Assembly (NCBI GenBank): GCA_964510585.1
Contig: CAZECW010000125.1
Location: 1 to 19,125 of the forward strand
Length of the DNA: 19,125 nucleotides
Direction of reading: 5' to 3'
Source of the DNA: an uncultured archaeon
GTDB taxonomy: Archaea > Asgardarchaeota > Jordiarchaeia > Jordiarchaeales > Jordiarchaeaceae
The notes below the pieces were generated by a model, which ran no database searches, was not told the origin of the DNA, and worked only from the letters and a program-made list of their open reading frames with translations. Positions 1-8,480 of the stretch are shown piece after piece. Positions within the stretch are counted from its first letter, which is position 1. The number at the start of each line of letters is the position of its first letter. Made by a program: the position numbers and the translations under genes.

Positions 1-1
1 G

Positions 2-67
2 ATGAAACTCGTGCTTGACCTAGAAAAATTGGACAACATACACAAATTAATGCAGCTTATGCATTGA
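2..67 (+). CDS. Possible 3' end of an upstream gene (…MKLVLDLEKLDNIHKLMQLMH*); resembles C-termini of MmgE/PrpD-family proteins
   Basis: Frame 2 is open from the window edge to TGA at 65-67 and encodes an amphipathic LDLEKLDNIxxLM tail. Only 21 residues are visible, so the family call is weak. Confidence 0.3.
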   Translation: MKLVLDLEKLDNIHKLMQLMH

Positions 68-99
68 ACCGCAAGAAAGTTTTGTAGAATCCCACCTTT

Positions 100-397
100 A
101 GTTTTCATAAAAAAGTTGGGTAAACCCCTCCCAAAGCCCTCTCGATCCCAAGCCTTACAAGTGGTGTGGATAACTCTCCTCAATAACTTTCCCCATTTTA
201 TTCAACAAACACAAGGACACTACTAAGAGTAGCTGAGCTTCACAGTGAAGATTAATAGGGCTTCACAGGAGACTTTTCTCCTGGAAATCGTATTAAGTAG
301 AGCATTAAACTTCCGAGAGTTAACTTTGAAAAACTATCTGGAGGCTCCACCTCCTTCCAAGGATAAAGATTTGGTTTTTAATTTCGTCCTTCCCCAC
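100..397 (-). pseudogene. Probable degraded HxlR-family winged-HTH regulator remnant
   Basis: GTG at 397 gives MGKDEIKNQIFILGRRWSLQIVFQS*, like the HxlR 'lG.kW.l.Il' motif. A shifted frame then gives RKFNALLNTIS (HxlR 'RFNEL..si'), and a later segment gives LNKMGKVIEESYP. Stops and frameshifts interrupt it. The 3' boundary is approximate. Confidence 0.35.
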
Positions 398-639
398 CTT
401 AAAAAATAAAGGAGTTAGAAATTACAGAAACATACAAATTTAACCAACTATTTGAAGAAATTAAGTATAAACAAAGTCGCCTAATTTAGATAGGGAAAGA
501 GATGCTGTTAAAAAAGGGATTCTCGGAAAAAGGTTAAGGATATAGACAGCCTGAAAGATATTATAAATTATAAGGGCGTTAGAAATTCATATTAGAACCC
601 AGAGAAAGACTAAATTCAATATAGTTTAGGGTGTCGTGA

Positions 640-2313
640 ATGGAATTTAAAGAAATAAATTTTGTTTCGGATGTATTGGTAATCGGTGCAGGTGGGGCTG
701 GTACTAGGGCGGCTATAGAGGCTCATGAAAAAGGTGTCGACGTATTAATTGTTGCGAAGGGCGGTTTCCCCTCTGGATGCACTCCCATTGCTGGGGGAAT
801 AATGCAGGCCCCAATCGATCCTAACGATAGCCCAGAAATCTACTTTAAGGACGTTATAGAGGGAGGAGCAAAGGTAAACAACCAGAAACTAGTTAGAATA
901 CTTACAAGTGAGGCTAGGGATAGGGCTCTGGACCTAGATAGGTTTGGAACACCCTTCATGAAACAAGATGGAAAGTTTTTAGCGGTGGGCGGTCCGGGAA
1001 CATCACGCAATCGCCTCCTCCCGGTTACAGACCTCTATGGATCAGCGTGGATTAGCGGTTTAGTAAACGAGGTTAAACGCAGGGAAATTAGAGTCTTGGA
1101 GAGAATTATGATAACAAGACTCTTAACAGACAATGGAAAAGTTGTGGGAGCCACAGGGATAAATCTCAAAACTGGAGAATTTTTGGTTTTCAATGCCAAA
1201 ACAATTATTTTGGCCACCGGAGGAGCAGGGCAACTCTACGGTTTAACAACAAACCCTCGGGATGTTACCGGTGACGGATACGCTTTGGCCTACCGGGCTG
1301 GAGCTGAGCTGACGGATATGGAATTTATCCAGTTTAGAGCTTGCATAGTTTACCCGCCGGGGCTAAGGGGGCAGCCTCCACCAGCAGATGGGATGCCTGG
1401 AAGGGGTGGTAGGTTCTACAATGCCCTTGGGGAGAGATACATGAAGAAATATGATCCGGTGCATGCTGAAGAAGTGACCCGTGACTTGATTGCCATCCGA
1501 GCCCGAATAGAGATAAGGGAGGGTAGGGGAACAGTTCACGGTGGGGTTTACAATGATCTTTCGGGTTTGCCTGAAGAGATGTGGCCTCTTTTTTCAAAAT
1601 TTAGGGAGGCCTGTAAAGCTGAGGGCATTGACCCTTCTTGGCAGCCTGTGGAGTGGGCTCCCGGAGTTCACCACTTTATGGGCGGTGTTAGAATCAACGA
1701 AAAGTGTGAAACTAATGTTTCTGGCCTCTTTGCGGCTGGAGAGGTTGAGGGCGGAATTCATGGCGCGAACAGAATTGGTGGAAACGCTCTAACCGAAACC
1801 CAGGTCTTTGGAGCAAGAGCCGGAAAATTTGCTGCAGAAAAGGCATTATCCACACCTATGCCCAAAGTTAATGAGAAGCAGATTGAAGAGGAAAGAAACC
1901 GAATTCTGGAAATTTATCTACGCAGGAAGGGTGTGGATGCAGGGAAGATAAAAGCAGAAGTTCAGGGAATAATGGAGAAGTACGTTGGAGTTATTAGAAA
2001 CGCTGAAGAACTCCAAAAGGCAATAAATGAACTTGTGAGAATCAGGGAGGAAAAATTACCCAAACTATGGATTGGAAATGAAAAATCATTGGAAAATCTC
2101 GGCGAAGCATTAGAAGTTGTAAACTTCGTGGATGTTGGAGAAATGGTGGCTAGGGCAGCACTCATGAGAACAGAGAGCCGGGGAGCGCACTATAGGGAGG
2201 ACTACCCACAACAGGACGATGAGAAATGGTTAAAGAACATTATCATTCGTTTAGAAGCTGGAGAAATGAAGCTGCGAACCCAACCCATCCAGTCACTCAA
2301 TTGTCAACTATAA
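640..2313 (+). CDS. SdhA/FrdA/TfrA-family FAD-dependent oxidoreductase flavoprotein (557 aa), non-covalent-FAD type, altered substrate site
   Basis: Motifs GAGGAG, ATGGAGQLY..TTNP...TGDG, EVTRD, HHFMGG, HGANRIGGNAL, RTESRGAHYRED. SGCT replaces the RSHT covalent-FAD motif. GGGTG RBS at about 629-633. Confidence 0.93.
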   Translation: MEFKEINFVSDVLVIGAGGAGTRAAIEAHEKGVDVLIVAKGGFPSGCTPIAGGIMQAPIDPNDSPEIYFKDVIEGGAKVNNQKLVRILTSEARDRALDLDRFGTPFMKQDGKFLAVGGPGTSRNRLLPVTDLYGSAWISGLVNEVKRREIRVLERIMITRLLTDNGKVVGATGINLKTGEFLVFNAKTIILATGGAGQLYGLTTNPRDVTGDGYALAYRAGAELTDMEFIQFRACIVYPPGLRGQPPPADGMPGRGGRFYNALGERYMKKYDPVHAEEVTRDLIAIRARIEIREGRGTVHGGVYNDLSGLPEEMWPLFSKFREACKAEGIDPSWQPVEWAPGVHHFMGGVRINEKCETNVSGLFAAGEVEGGIHGANRIGGNALTETQVFGARAGKFAAEKALSTPMPKVNEKQIEEERNRILEIYLRRKGVDAGKIKAEVQGIMEKYVGVIRNAEELQKAINELVRIREEKLPKLWIGNEKSLENLGEALEVVNFVDVGEMVARAALMRTESRGAHYREDYPQQDDEKWLKNIIIRLEAGEMKLRTQPIQSLNCQL

Positions 2314-2700
2314 AAAAACCAATGTGAAAGTTAGTGGTGAGCATATTTGCTAGAAATGAGGCTCACACTCATTACTGAAAAAATGAGTAGAATTTTAACG
2401 AGTAGTAGATGTTTAGAGGCACCATAGGCGGGATAGAATTCTTAGAGAGGTGGTATAAAGATTCTTCTTGAAGTACGTGATTTGATTTAGATGCATTCTT
2501 TAATAGTTGGAAAAACTTTCGAAGAATGAGTAGACTGTGAATCCTCTTCGTAGAGTGCACTGAAATAAATGTGTGAAATTGATTGTTTTTGTTTCTGTTT
2601 TTTGAAGGAATAACTGGAGGGGACTTTTTTGGTTTCTAGCATATTTTTTGAATTTAAAAATAGAAAAAGGAGGAATGATTGGTTTTTGATTTTTGTTGAA

Positions 2701-4491
2701 TTATATTTCTCTGGAGGAGTAGAAAACAATAGACCAAAGTAAGAATGTTAAGAGTATTAGTGCGAAGCCTATAATTAGTATTAGGGGCCAGACGAAGCCA
2801 CCTACAATGAAAAATAAAGCACCTATGATGCATAGAACTCCGGCAAATGAGGAAGCATTTGGGCTATTGGTCATATCACGCATAGAGTGACTTGCAAAAC
2901 CCAGCACAATGAAGGCGAAGCCAAGCACCGTGAAGCCTATCCACATAAGTTGGAAATTCGGTGTGCACACAGGTAAAAATGGAACCGAAGACATTTCCAA
3001 AGGTGCACTTGCATACTTGTAATCTACTGTTAGGTTTCCCATAATGATGAGCAATGCTCCAGATATGATACCTATAATGCCCAAGATGGAGCCAATTATA
3101 TTCGCCGTTCCTACACCGATCTCGTATGTGCCGCAGAAACCAATACCTATCAAAACGCTGGTCGCAATGAGAAATACGCACATTATGAAGGATAATTCAA
3201 GGAATATAGGAGCAGAAGAATAAAAGAGGGGTAAAGCCATAATGGGTTCACCATGATACATGTAGCTTAGATGCGCCATCCACGGAGCCAGTATAAACAG
3301 GTAACTATTAAGCTGTACAAGGTAAATGGATATTTCAGATAAAAAGTTGTAGGCCTTAATAACCCATGCTATACCTATGCCTGCGGTTACGGCTCCAATT
3401 ATTCCTCCGACTGCCCCAATCAAGAATGCATCTCTAGACAGCCTCCAACCCCCTTCTGCTTGCCCTACACCTTTTCTACTTCTATAGGCAATCACTAGGC
3501 ATAGTGACACGACTGTAAGCAATGTGGCCAGTAAACCTATCACCAGGAAATTTGAAGCAAACGGTATATTCTGCTGATAAAAGTAGAGCGAGACATAAGA
3601 GTTATAGAGCAGATTGCCCAGTATGGTGGGTCCGGTGGCGATGACTGTGTTATTCTCAATAGTGTTGCCAACTGAGGGGGAGTCATAATATACTCCCCTA
3701 CCCCAGAGGTCTATGACAACGTTACCTGTAACGGTGTTGTATGAGCTGGACCAAAGTTCGAAGCCAGCCATACCGTTGTACTTAGCAGTGTTGCCGGACA
3801 GATTATTGGAGTCCGAGTAGCGGTACAGGTGGAAGCCGCCCCAAGCGTTATTTGCAGCGGTATTACCAGAAAGATAATTATTACAAGACCCACTTTCTAA
3901 GAAAAAGCCGCTGTAACTGTTTTCTTTGGCTGTGTTGTTTGAAAGAATATTATTAAAACTATGTACTAGGTAGAAACCCCAACCATTGCTATTTGCAGTA
4001 TTGTTTAATAGAATGTTGTTATTTGAATCGGAATTTAAATAGAAGCCACAGTAACCCCCGTGATAGTCGTAGCGGTTATTGTTTGCAATGTTGCCCATGA
4101 GAGTGTTGTTTGAACTACCGTTCAGGTAGAAGCCGTACTGCCACCCTGTGACTATAACGTTTTTTATGGTCACATTACTTCTGCCAGTCAAGTTAAAGCC
4201 GCACCCAGACCCTGAACCCTTTAGGGTGTATCCCTTTCCATCTATTACAATATTGTCCGCTGCGACCACTATAGTTTCATAAATGTTTCCGGTAAAATTG
4301 TAGTCAGTCGAGAGTTCCATCTTTTCATGAATAATGCTGGAAGACCCCTGTGAGACGCCAAGTATGTAAAAGTTGATTGGCGGATAAATATCCCGGTCAT
4401 GGATCGAGATTACCACTGCAGTTGCTACTACGAGTAAAATGACTGCGAAGAAAAACATTTTTAGTTTTTTCCACTCTCTTTTAATCCCCAT
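2701..4491 (-). CDS. Membrane protein: N-terminal anchor, NosD/CASH right-handed beta-helix (PbH1 repeats), polytopic C-terminal membrane domain (596 aa)
   Basis: About six tandem GFYL..S.NN.L.(G/N)N.A..N repeats, a hydrophobic N-terminal segment (MFFFAVILLVVATAVVISI), about 7-8 hydrophobic helices in the C-terminal half, and GAGGG RBS upstream of the ATG. Confidence 0.88.
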   Translation of the reverse strand: MGIKREWKKLKMFFFAVILLVVATAVVISIHDRDIYPPINFYILGVSQGSSSIIHEKMELSTDYNFTGNIYETIVVAADNIVIDGKGYTLKGSGSGCGFNLTGRSNVTIKNVIVTGWQYGFYLNGSSNNTLMGNIANNNRYDYHGGYCGFYLNSDSNNNILLNNTANSNGWGFYLVHSFNNILSNNTAKENSYSGFFLESGSCNNYLSGNTAANNAWGGFHLYRYSDSNNLSGNTAKYNGMAGFELWSSSYNTVTGNVVIDLWGRGVYYDSPSVGNTIENNTVIATGPTILGNLLYNSYVSLYFYQQNIPFASNFLVIGLLATLLTVVSLCLVIAYRSRKGVGQAEGGWRLSRDAFLIGAVGGIIGAVTAGIGIAWVIKAYNFLSEISIYLVQLNSYLFILAPWMAHLSYMYHGEPIMALPLFYSSAPIFLELSFIMCVFLIATSVLIGIGFCGTYEIGVGTANIIGSILGIIGIISGALLIIMGNLTVDYKYASAPLEMSSVPFLPVCTPNFQLMWIGFTVLGFAFIVLGFASHSMRDMTNSPNASSFAGVLCIIGALFFIVGGFVWPLILIIGFALILLTFLLWSIVFYSSREI

Positions 4492-4723
4492 ATGTTTCCC
4501 TCGCTAACTATAAGAAATAAGGGTTTAGAAGGGTTTATTTCATCTTTTAGTTTCTCGAACTCTAATAACAGAATATATTTTTGCGATCAGTGAAGTTAAA
4601 CATGTATTGGAAATCATTAATAAAAGTTTAATGTTTGAGGCAAAAACTAGCTTGATTCTTACACATAAAGGGTCTTGCCTTTGCTTCGGAAGTTTGGAAC
4701 CGTTTGTTAACTGTCGTTGAAAA

Positions 4724-6328
4724 TCAAGGTGTTTTGTTCCCACTTTTAGGAGATGGTTTATAGGCGTCTGCGAAAAGTTGGTAAAAGTCGTACAGGTTGA
4801 ATCCGACTGCCTCTCCCTTTTTCTCTTTTTGTTCTAGGACTCTCTTGAATTGTAGCATGCAGAATGGGCAGTTTGTTACTAGTCCGTTTACTCCGAATGC
4901 TTGGGCTATTTCTATTCTTCTGGCGGCTAGTCGGTCTGCGAGTTCAGGAAAGGCTGATCTCACTCCGCCCCCTCCACCACAGCACCAGCCGGACTTGGGA
5001 ACTCTCACCAGCTCTACGCCTGGAATTTTTTGAATCAAATTCAAGTATATTTCTTCTTCTAGCCCGCTGGCCATTATGTGGCAGGGGTAATGGTACATGA
5101 GTCTTACTTTTATGGGTTTGAGGTCTTCTGTGTTCAACTTTATTTTTCGCTCCATGTATTCTCCGACATCGTATATTTCGAAGTTGATGGGGATTCCATA
5201 CTCTTTGGCGAGTTTTGGGTAATCTTTTCTGAAGGTGGAGTTGCATCCGGAGCAGCTTGTTAGCACTTTTTTAACGCCCCTCTCTGCATACTCGTTGAAT
5301 ATGGTGAAGTTCTTTGTGACGAAGGGTTTCATACTGTCCCTCTGACCGGTTCTCATAAACGGGGAACCGCAGCAGGTTTGGCCTTTGGGTAGATGAACAG
5401 CTACACGATTATTTTGGAATATGTCTATTATTGCCTTTGCTACTGGTTGCTGTCTACGATTTATTATGCAGCCAGTAAAGAGTACGATTTCGTCCTGGGG
5501 TTCCCCCTCAAAATTTTTGATGTACTCTGGAAACAAGTCTATGGCGGGGGTGTCAATCACGGGTACGGAACCTCCGGTCTCCAGTACAGATTGAACTATT
5601 GCTCTGTGCTGGGGGAGGGGGCCAACACCTTCAACCACACTTCGGTACCGGAGGTACTCAACGACGCTTCTCCTTATGTCTATTTTTCGGGGGCAGGCAA
5701 CCTCACACTCCTGGTCTACTGGACATTTGAAAAGGCCTTGATCCACAGCTTCTCTTAGTCTTCCCTCGCTGGCATCTAGAGGGTCGCATATGAATCTGCA
5801 TATTTCAACTAGTGCTGCTGGTCCCAGAAATGTACGGTCTACATCTATGACGTTGCAGTCTGAGTAGCAGGCGGCACAGAGTATGCACTGTTTATTTTCT
5901 ATCATCTGCTCCAAGTCTTGGGGCGGAATTTTGGGTATGCCTCTAAATTCTCCCACCGTGAGGTCGGTGATTCGCCAGGGTCGCACTGCCCTTATACTCT
6001 GGAAGAAGGGGTCCAAGTTTACCACAAGGTCCCTTATAACTTCTAGATGGTCGAGGGGTTCAACTAGCAATGAACCATCTACAAGTACGTCCTTCACGAA
6101 TGTTTTGCAGGCTAATCCTGCCCTCTTGTTTATCCTCACAGCGCAGGAACCACATTGACCCATTCTGCAGGATGAGCGGAATGTTAAGGATTCATCTATG
6201 TTCTCTTTGATGTATAGGAGGGCTTCCAGAACTGTGGTGTCCTCTGTCACATTCAAATCAAAGTTTTGATAGCGGGGTTCAGTGTCAGTTTCGGGATTAA
6301 ATCTATAAACTGTTAGCTTGACCTTCAC
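4724..6328 (-). CDS. tfrB: TfrB-like protein: SdhB/FrdB Fe-S domain fused to two HdrB/HdrD-type CCG domains (534 aa)
   Basis: 2Fe-2S motif CRMGQCGSC…C; CILCAACYSDC; CPVDQECEVACP; CCG domains FTGC…TCCGSP…SCSGC and YHYPCH…WCCGGGGG…NCPFC. GTG start with GAGGTGA RBS overlapping the upstream TGA (6338-6340). Confidence 0.85.
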   Translation of the reverse strand: MKVKLTVYRFNPETDTEPRYQNFDLNVTEDTTVLEALLYIKENIDESLTFRSSCRMGQCGSCAVRINKRAGLACKTFVKDVLVDGSLLVEPLDHLEVIRDLVVNLDPFFQSIRAVRPWRITDLTVGEFRGIPKIPPQDLEQMIENKQCILCAACYSDCNVIDVDRTFLGPAALVEICRFICDPLDASEGRLREAVDQGLFKCPVDQECEVACPRKIDIRRSVVEYLRYRSVVEGVGPLPQHRAIVQSVLETGGSVPVIDTPAIDLFPEYIKNFEGEPQDEIVLFTGCIINRRQQPVAKAIIDIFQNNRVAVHLPKGQTCCGSPFMRTGQRDSMKPFVTKNFTIFNEYAERGVKKVLTSCSGCNSTFRKDYPKLAKEYGIPINFEIYDVGEYMERKIKLNTEDLKPIKVRLMYHYPCHIMASGLEEEIYLNLIQKIPGVELVRVPKSGWCCGGGGGVRSAFPELADRLAARRIEIAQAFGVNGLVTNCPFCMLQFKRVLEQKEKKGEAVGFNLYDFYQLFADAYKPSPKSGNKTP

Positions 6329-6337
6329 AAAATCACC

Positions 6338-8050
6338 TCAATAAGTCCTCTTTTCCGGTTTAAACATGGTGATTGTCACATTCTCGTAGGTTAATATGGG
6401 CATTTCGGGATGGTAGTGTAATATTATGTGTTTTGTCCAGTTTTCATAGTCCCGGTTGGGATAATCGGTTCTATAGTGTGCTCCTCGGGTTTCCCGCCTC
6501 GTCAGCGCAGCTAGTGTGGTGGCTTCCGCTAAATCCAGCATGTTTCCTAGCTCTAGGGCTTGGATAAACGCATTGTTGTAAATGGTGCTCTTATCTTCAA
6601 CGTATATTTTTGTGTATTTTTCTTTGAGTTCCCGAATTTTCTTTAGAGCTTCTGTTAATCCTTGTTCGTTGCGGAATAGTCCCACCTTCTCCCACATGGT
6701 TTGTCTCAGTTCGTCTCTCAGCTTTGGAACGCTGTACTCTCCTCTCTCACTGAAGAATTTGTATAATCGTTCCTCCTCCTTCTTTATCTTCTCTTTGGGA
6801 ACCGAGCGGAGACCCTCATTTCTAATGTATTCACAGGCTCTTTGTCCCGCCCTTTTTCCGAAAACCACACACTCAGTGAGAGCATTGGCTCCTTCCCTAT
6901 TCGCCCCATGAACACTCACACAAGCCACCTCTCCAGCGGCAAAAAGGCCCTTTATGGAGGTCTCAGTCCAAGTGTTGGTTTTCACACCACCCATCCAGAA
7001 GTGTTGACCGGGCACCACAGGAATAACGTCTTCCTTTATATCCACTTTAGCAAAAACACTCGCTAACTCTGCGAATTCAGCCAGCCTCCTCCTGAAGAAG
7101 CTTAAGGGTATGTTGGTGACTTCAAGAAGCTTTTCCAGCTCCTCTATTTTTATGTGGGTTAAGTCCAGCCCAATGTATTTCCCCTCTATTCCTCGACCCT
7201 CATTTATCTCTGTTTGCATAGCCTGAGAAACAACGTCTCTAGGTGCCAATTCCATAAAGTTTGGGGCATACCTCCTCATAAAACGCTCCCCTTCACTATT
7301 AATTAGTGTGCCGCCAATCACCCGGGCAGTTTCAGATATTAGTGTTCCCCGAGGGTAAAGAGTTGTAGGATGAAACTGCACAAACTCCGGATCTTTAAGT
7401 GGAGCACCAGCCCTATAGGCCATCGCGGTTCCGTCTCCGGTACACACACTTGAATTGGTGGTTCTGGCATAAACCCAACCGAATCCCCCGGTGGCCAGAA
7501 TTACAGCCTTAGACCTTATGGTGTGGAATTCTCCATTTTTTATCTCAATCGCAGTTATTCCTCTACACAAGTTGTCCTCCACGAGGAGAGAGGTGACGAA
7601 CCACTCATCGTAAAAGGTGACTCCTCTCCTCCAGAGCTGCTCCTGCAAAGCCATCACAAGTTCCCTTGCCCACTGAGACGAAACAATTATTCCAGTTTTT
7701 GTGCTCATACCTCCGGGGCTCGCCCTGAGCAACTCTCCATCTCGACCCCTTGAGTATACTACTCCCCAAGACTCAAGCAAAGGTATCTCGACTTCCGCCC
7801 CATCCGCCAAAACCTCCACGGCATCCTGATCCGCCATGTAGTCACTACCCTTAATTGTTTCCTGTAAATACATTTCCTTGGGCTCATTGGGAGCCGGCGG
7901 GAAATGTAATGCACCGGTGGCTACACAGGTGTGAGACCTTAAGGGATGAACCTTGGAAACAACCGCAACATCTGCATACTCACTGGCCTCCAGAGCAGCC
8001 CGGAGTCCAGCTAGGCCACCACCCACAATCACAATATCGTGAACAATCAT
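6338..8050 (-). CDS. sdhA: Succinate dehydrogenase/fumarate reductase flavoprotein subunit (covalent-FAD His motif present)
   Basis: Motifs GGGLAG, RSHT, QFHPT, LISETAR, ELAPRD, HFWMGG, HGANR, RRETRGAHYRTD. Start moved from TTG 8065 to ATG 8050 because AGGGAG lies just upstream of it. Translationally coupled to tfrB. Confidence 0.9.
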   Translation of the reverse strand: MIVHDIVIVGGGLAGLRAALEASEYADVAVVSKVHPLRSHTCVATGALHFPPAPNEPKEMYLQETIKGSDYMADQDAVEVLADGAEVEIPLLESWGVVYSRGRDGELLRASPGGMSTKTGIIVSSQWARELVMALQEQLWRRGVTFYDEWFVTSLLVEDNLCRGITAIEIKNGEFHTIRSKAVILATGGFGWVYARTTNSSVCTGDGTAMAYRAGAPLKDPEFVQFHPTTLYPRGTLISETARVIGGTLINSEGERFMRRYAPNFMELAPRDVVSQAMQTEINEGRGIEGKYIGLDLTHIKIEELEKLLEVTNIPLSFFRRRLAEFAELASVFAKVDIKEDVIPVVPGQHFWMGGVKTNTWTETSIKGLFAAGEVACVSVHGANREGANALTECVVFGKRAGQRACEYIRNEGLRSVPKEKIKKEEERLYKFFSERGEYSVPKLRDELRQTMWEKVGLFRNEQGLTEALKKIRELKEKYTKIYVEDKSTIYNNAFIQALELGNMLDLAEATTLAALTRRETRGAHYRTDYPNRDYENWTKHIILHYHPEMPILTYENVTITMFKPEKRTY

Positions 8051-8182
8051 AAAATTCTCCCTCAACTATTCGCATTACTAATGTAAAGTTTTCTCTTTTA
8101 CGGACCTCGTTTTATGGACATTGTTATTTTTTGTATTATTTTTCGAGGGTAGATTAAGTTTATGATTTTTGTGGTGGCAAGA

Positions 8183-8211
8183 TTTATAATTTGGTAGGAT
8201 AAAGTAATACT
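8183..8211 (+). promoter_or_regulatory. Putative TATA box (TTTATAAT, 8183-8190) and short inverted repeat AGTA-A-TACT (8203-8211) upstream of the RHH gene
   Basis: The TATA lies about 25 nt before GTG 8214, consistent with a leaderless or short-leader transcript. The inverted repeat is short and could be chance. Confidence 0.4.
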
Positions 8212-8213
8212 AG

Positions 8214-8480
8214 GTGGTATTTTTGCCCTCTGTGAAGGTGAGTTTAAGTTTGCCTGAAGAACTCTTAAAAATAGTAGATAAAGCTGCAGACGAGAATAAG
8301 ATGAGTAGAAGTGAGTTCGTTACCCGAATTCTGGAAAAGGCATTGAAGCCAGAAGAAGAGGTTCACAGGTACCCAACGGTTCTCTGGAAGCTACAGAAAT
8401 CGGGATACCTGAAACTTAGAAGCCCCAGATATCCTAGTAGAAGAATTGGGAGATGGATAGTGGAGGATGCAGAGGAGTGA
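8214..8480 (+). CDS. Ribbon-helix-helix (CopG/MetJ/Arc) DNA-binding protein, antitoxin-like (88 aa)
   Basis: VKVSLSLPEELLKIVDKAADENKMSRSEFVTRILEKAL is a clear RHH pattern. TTG 8223 is an alternative start. Confidence 0.88.
   Translation: MVFLPSVKVSLSLPEELLKIVDKAADENKMSRSEFVTRILEKALKPEEEVHRYPTVLWKLQKSGYLKLRSPRYPSRRIGRWIVEDAEE

Noticed and set aside
238-283. Two small inverted repeats (CTTCAC-A-GTGAAG; CAGGAGA-CTTT-TCTCCTG)
   Set aside because: Arms of 6-7 bp inside a probable pseudogene; plausibly chance.
640-2313. Annotation as L-aspartate oxidase (nadB)
   Set aside because: NadB keeps QFHPT and the TEAxRG segment, both changed here, and no nadA/nadC genes are nearby.
2314-2700. ORFs 2372-2560 and 2487-2729, plus a plus-strand frame with in-frame TGAs (…ERWYKDSS*ST*FDLDAF…)
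   Set aside because: Low-complexity terminator region. The TGA positions do not resemble a redox selenocysteine motif and I recognise no family.
4518-4743. ORF 4540-4743 and a short direct repeat (AAGGGTTTA twice)
   Set aside because: The ORF has no recognisable features or RBS. The repeat is too short to call, although it could be a promoter element of the beta-helix gene.
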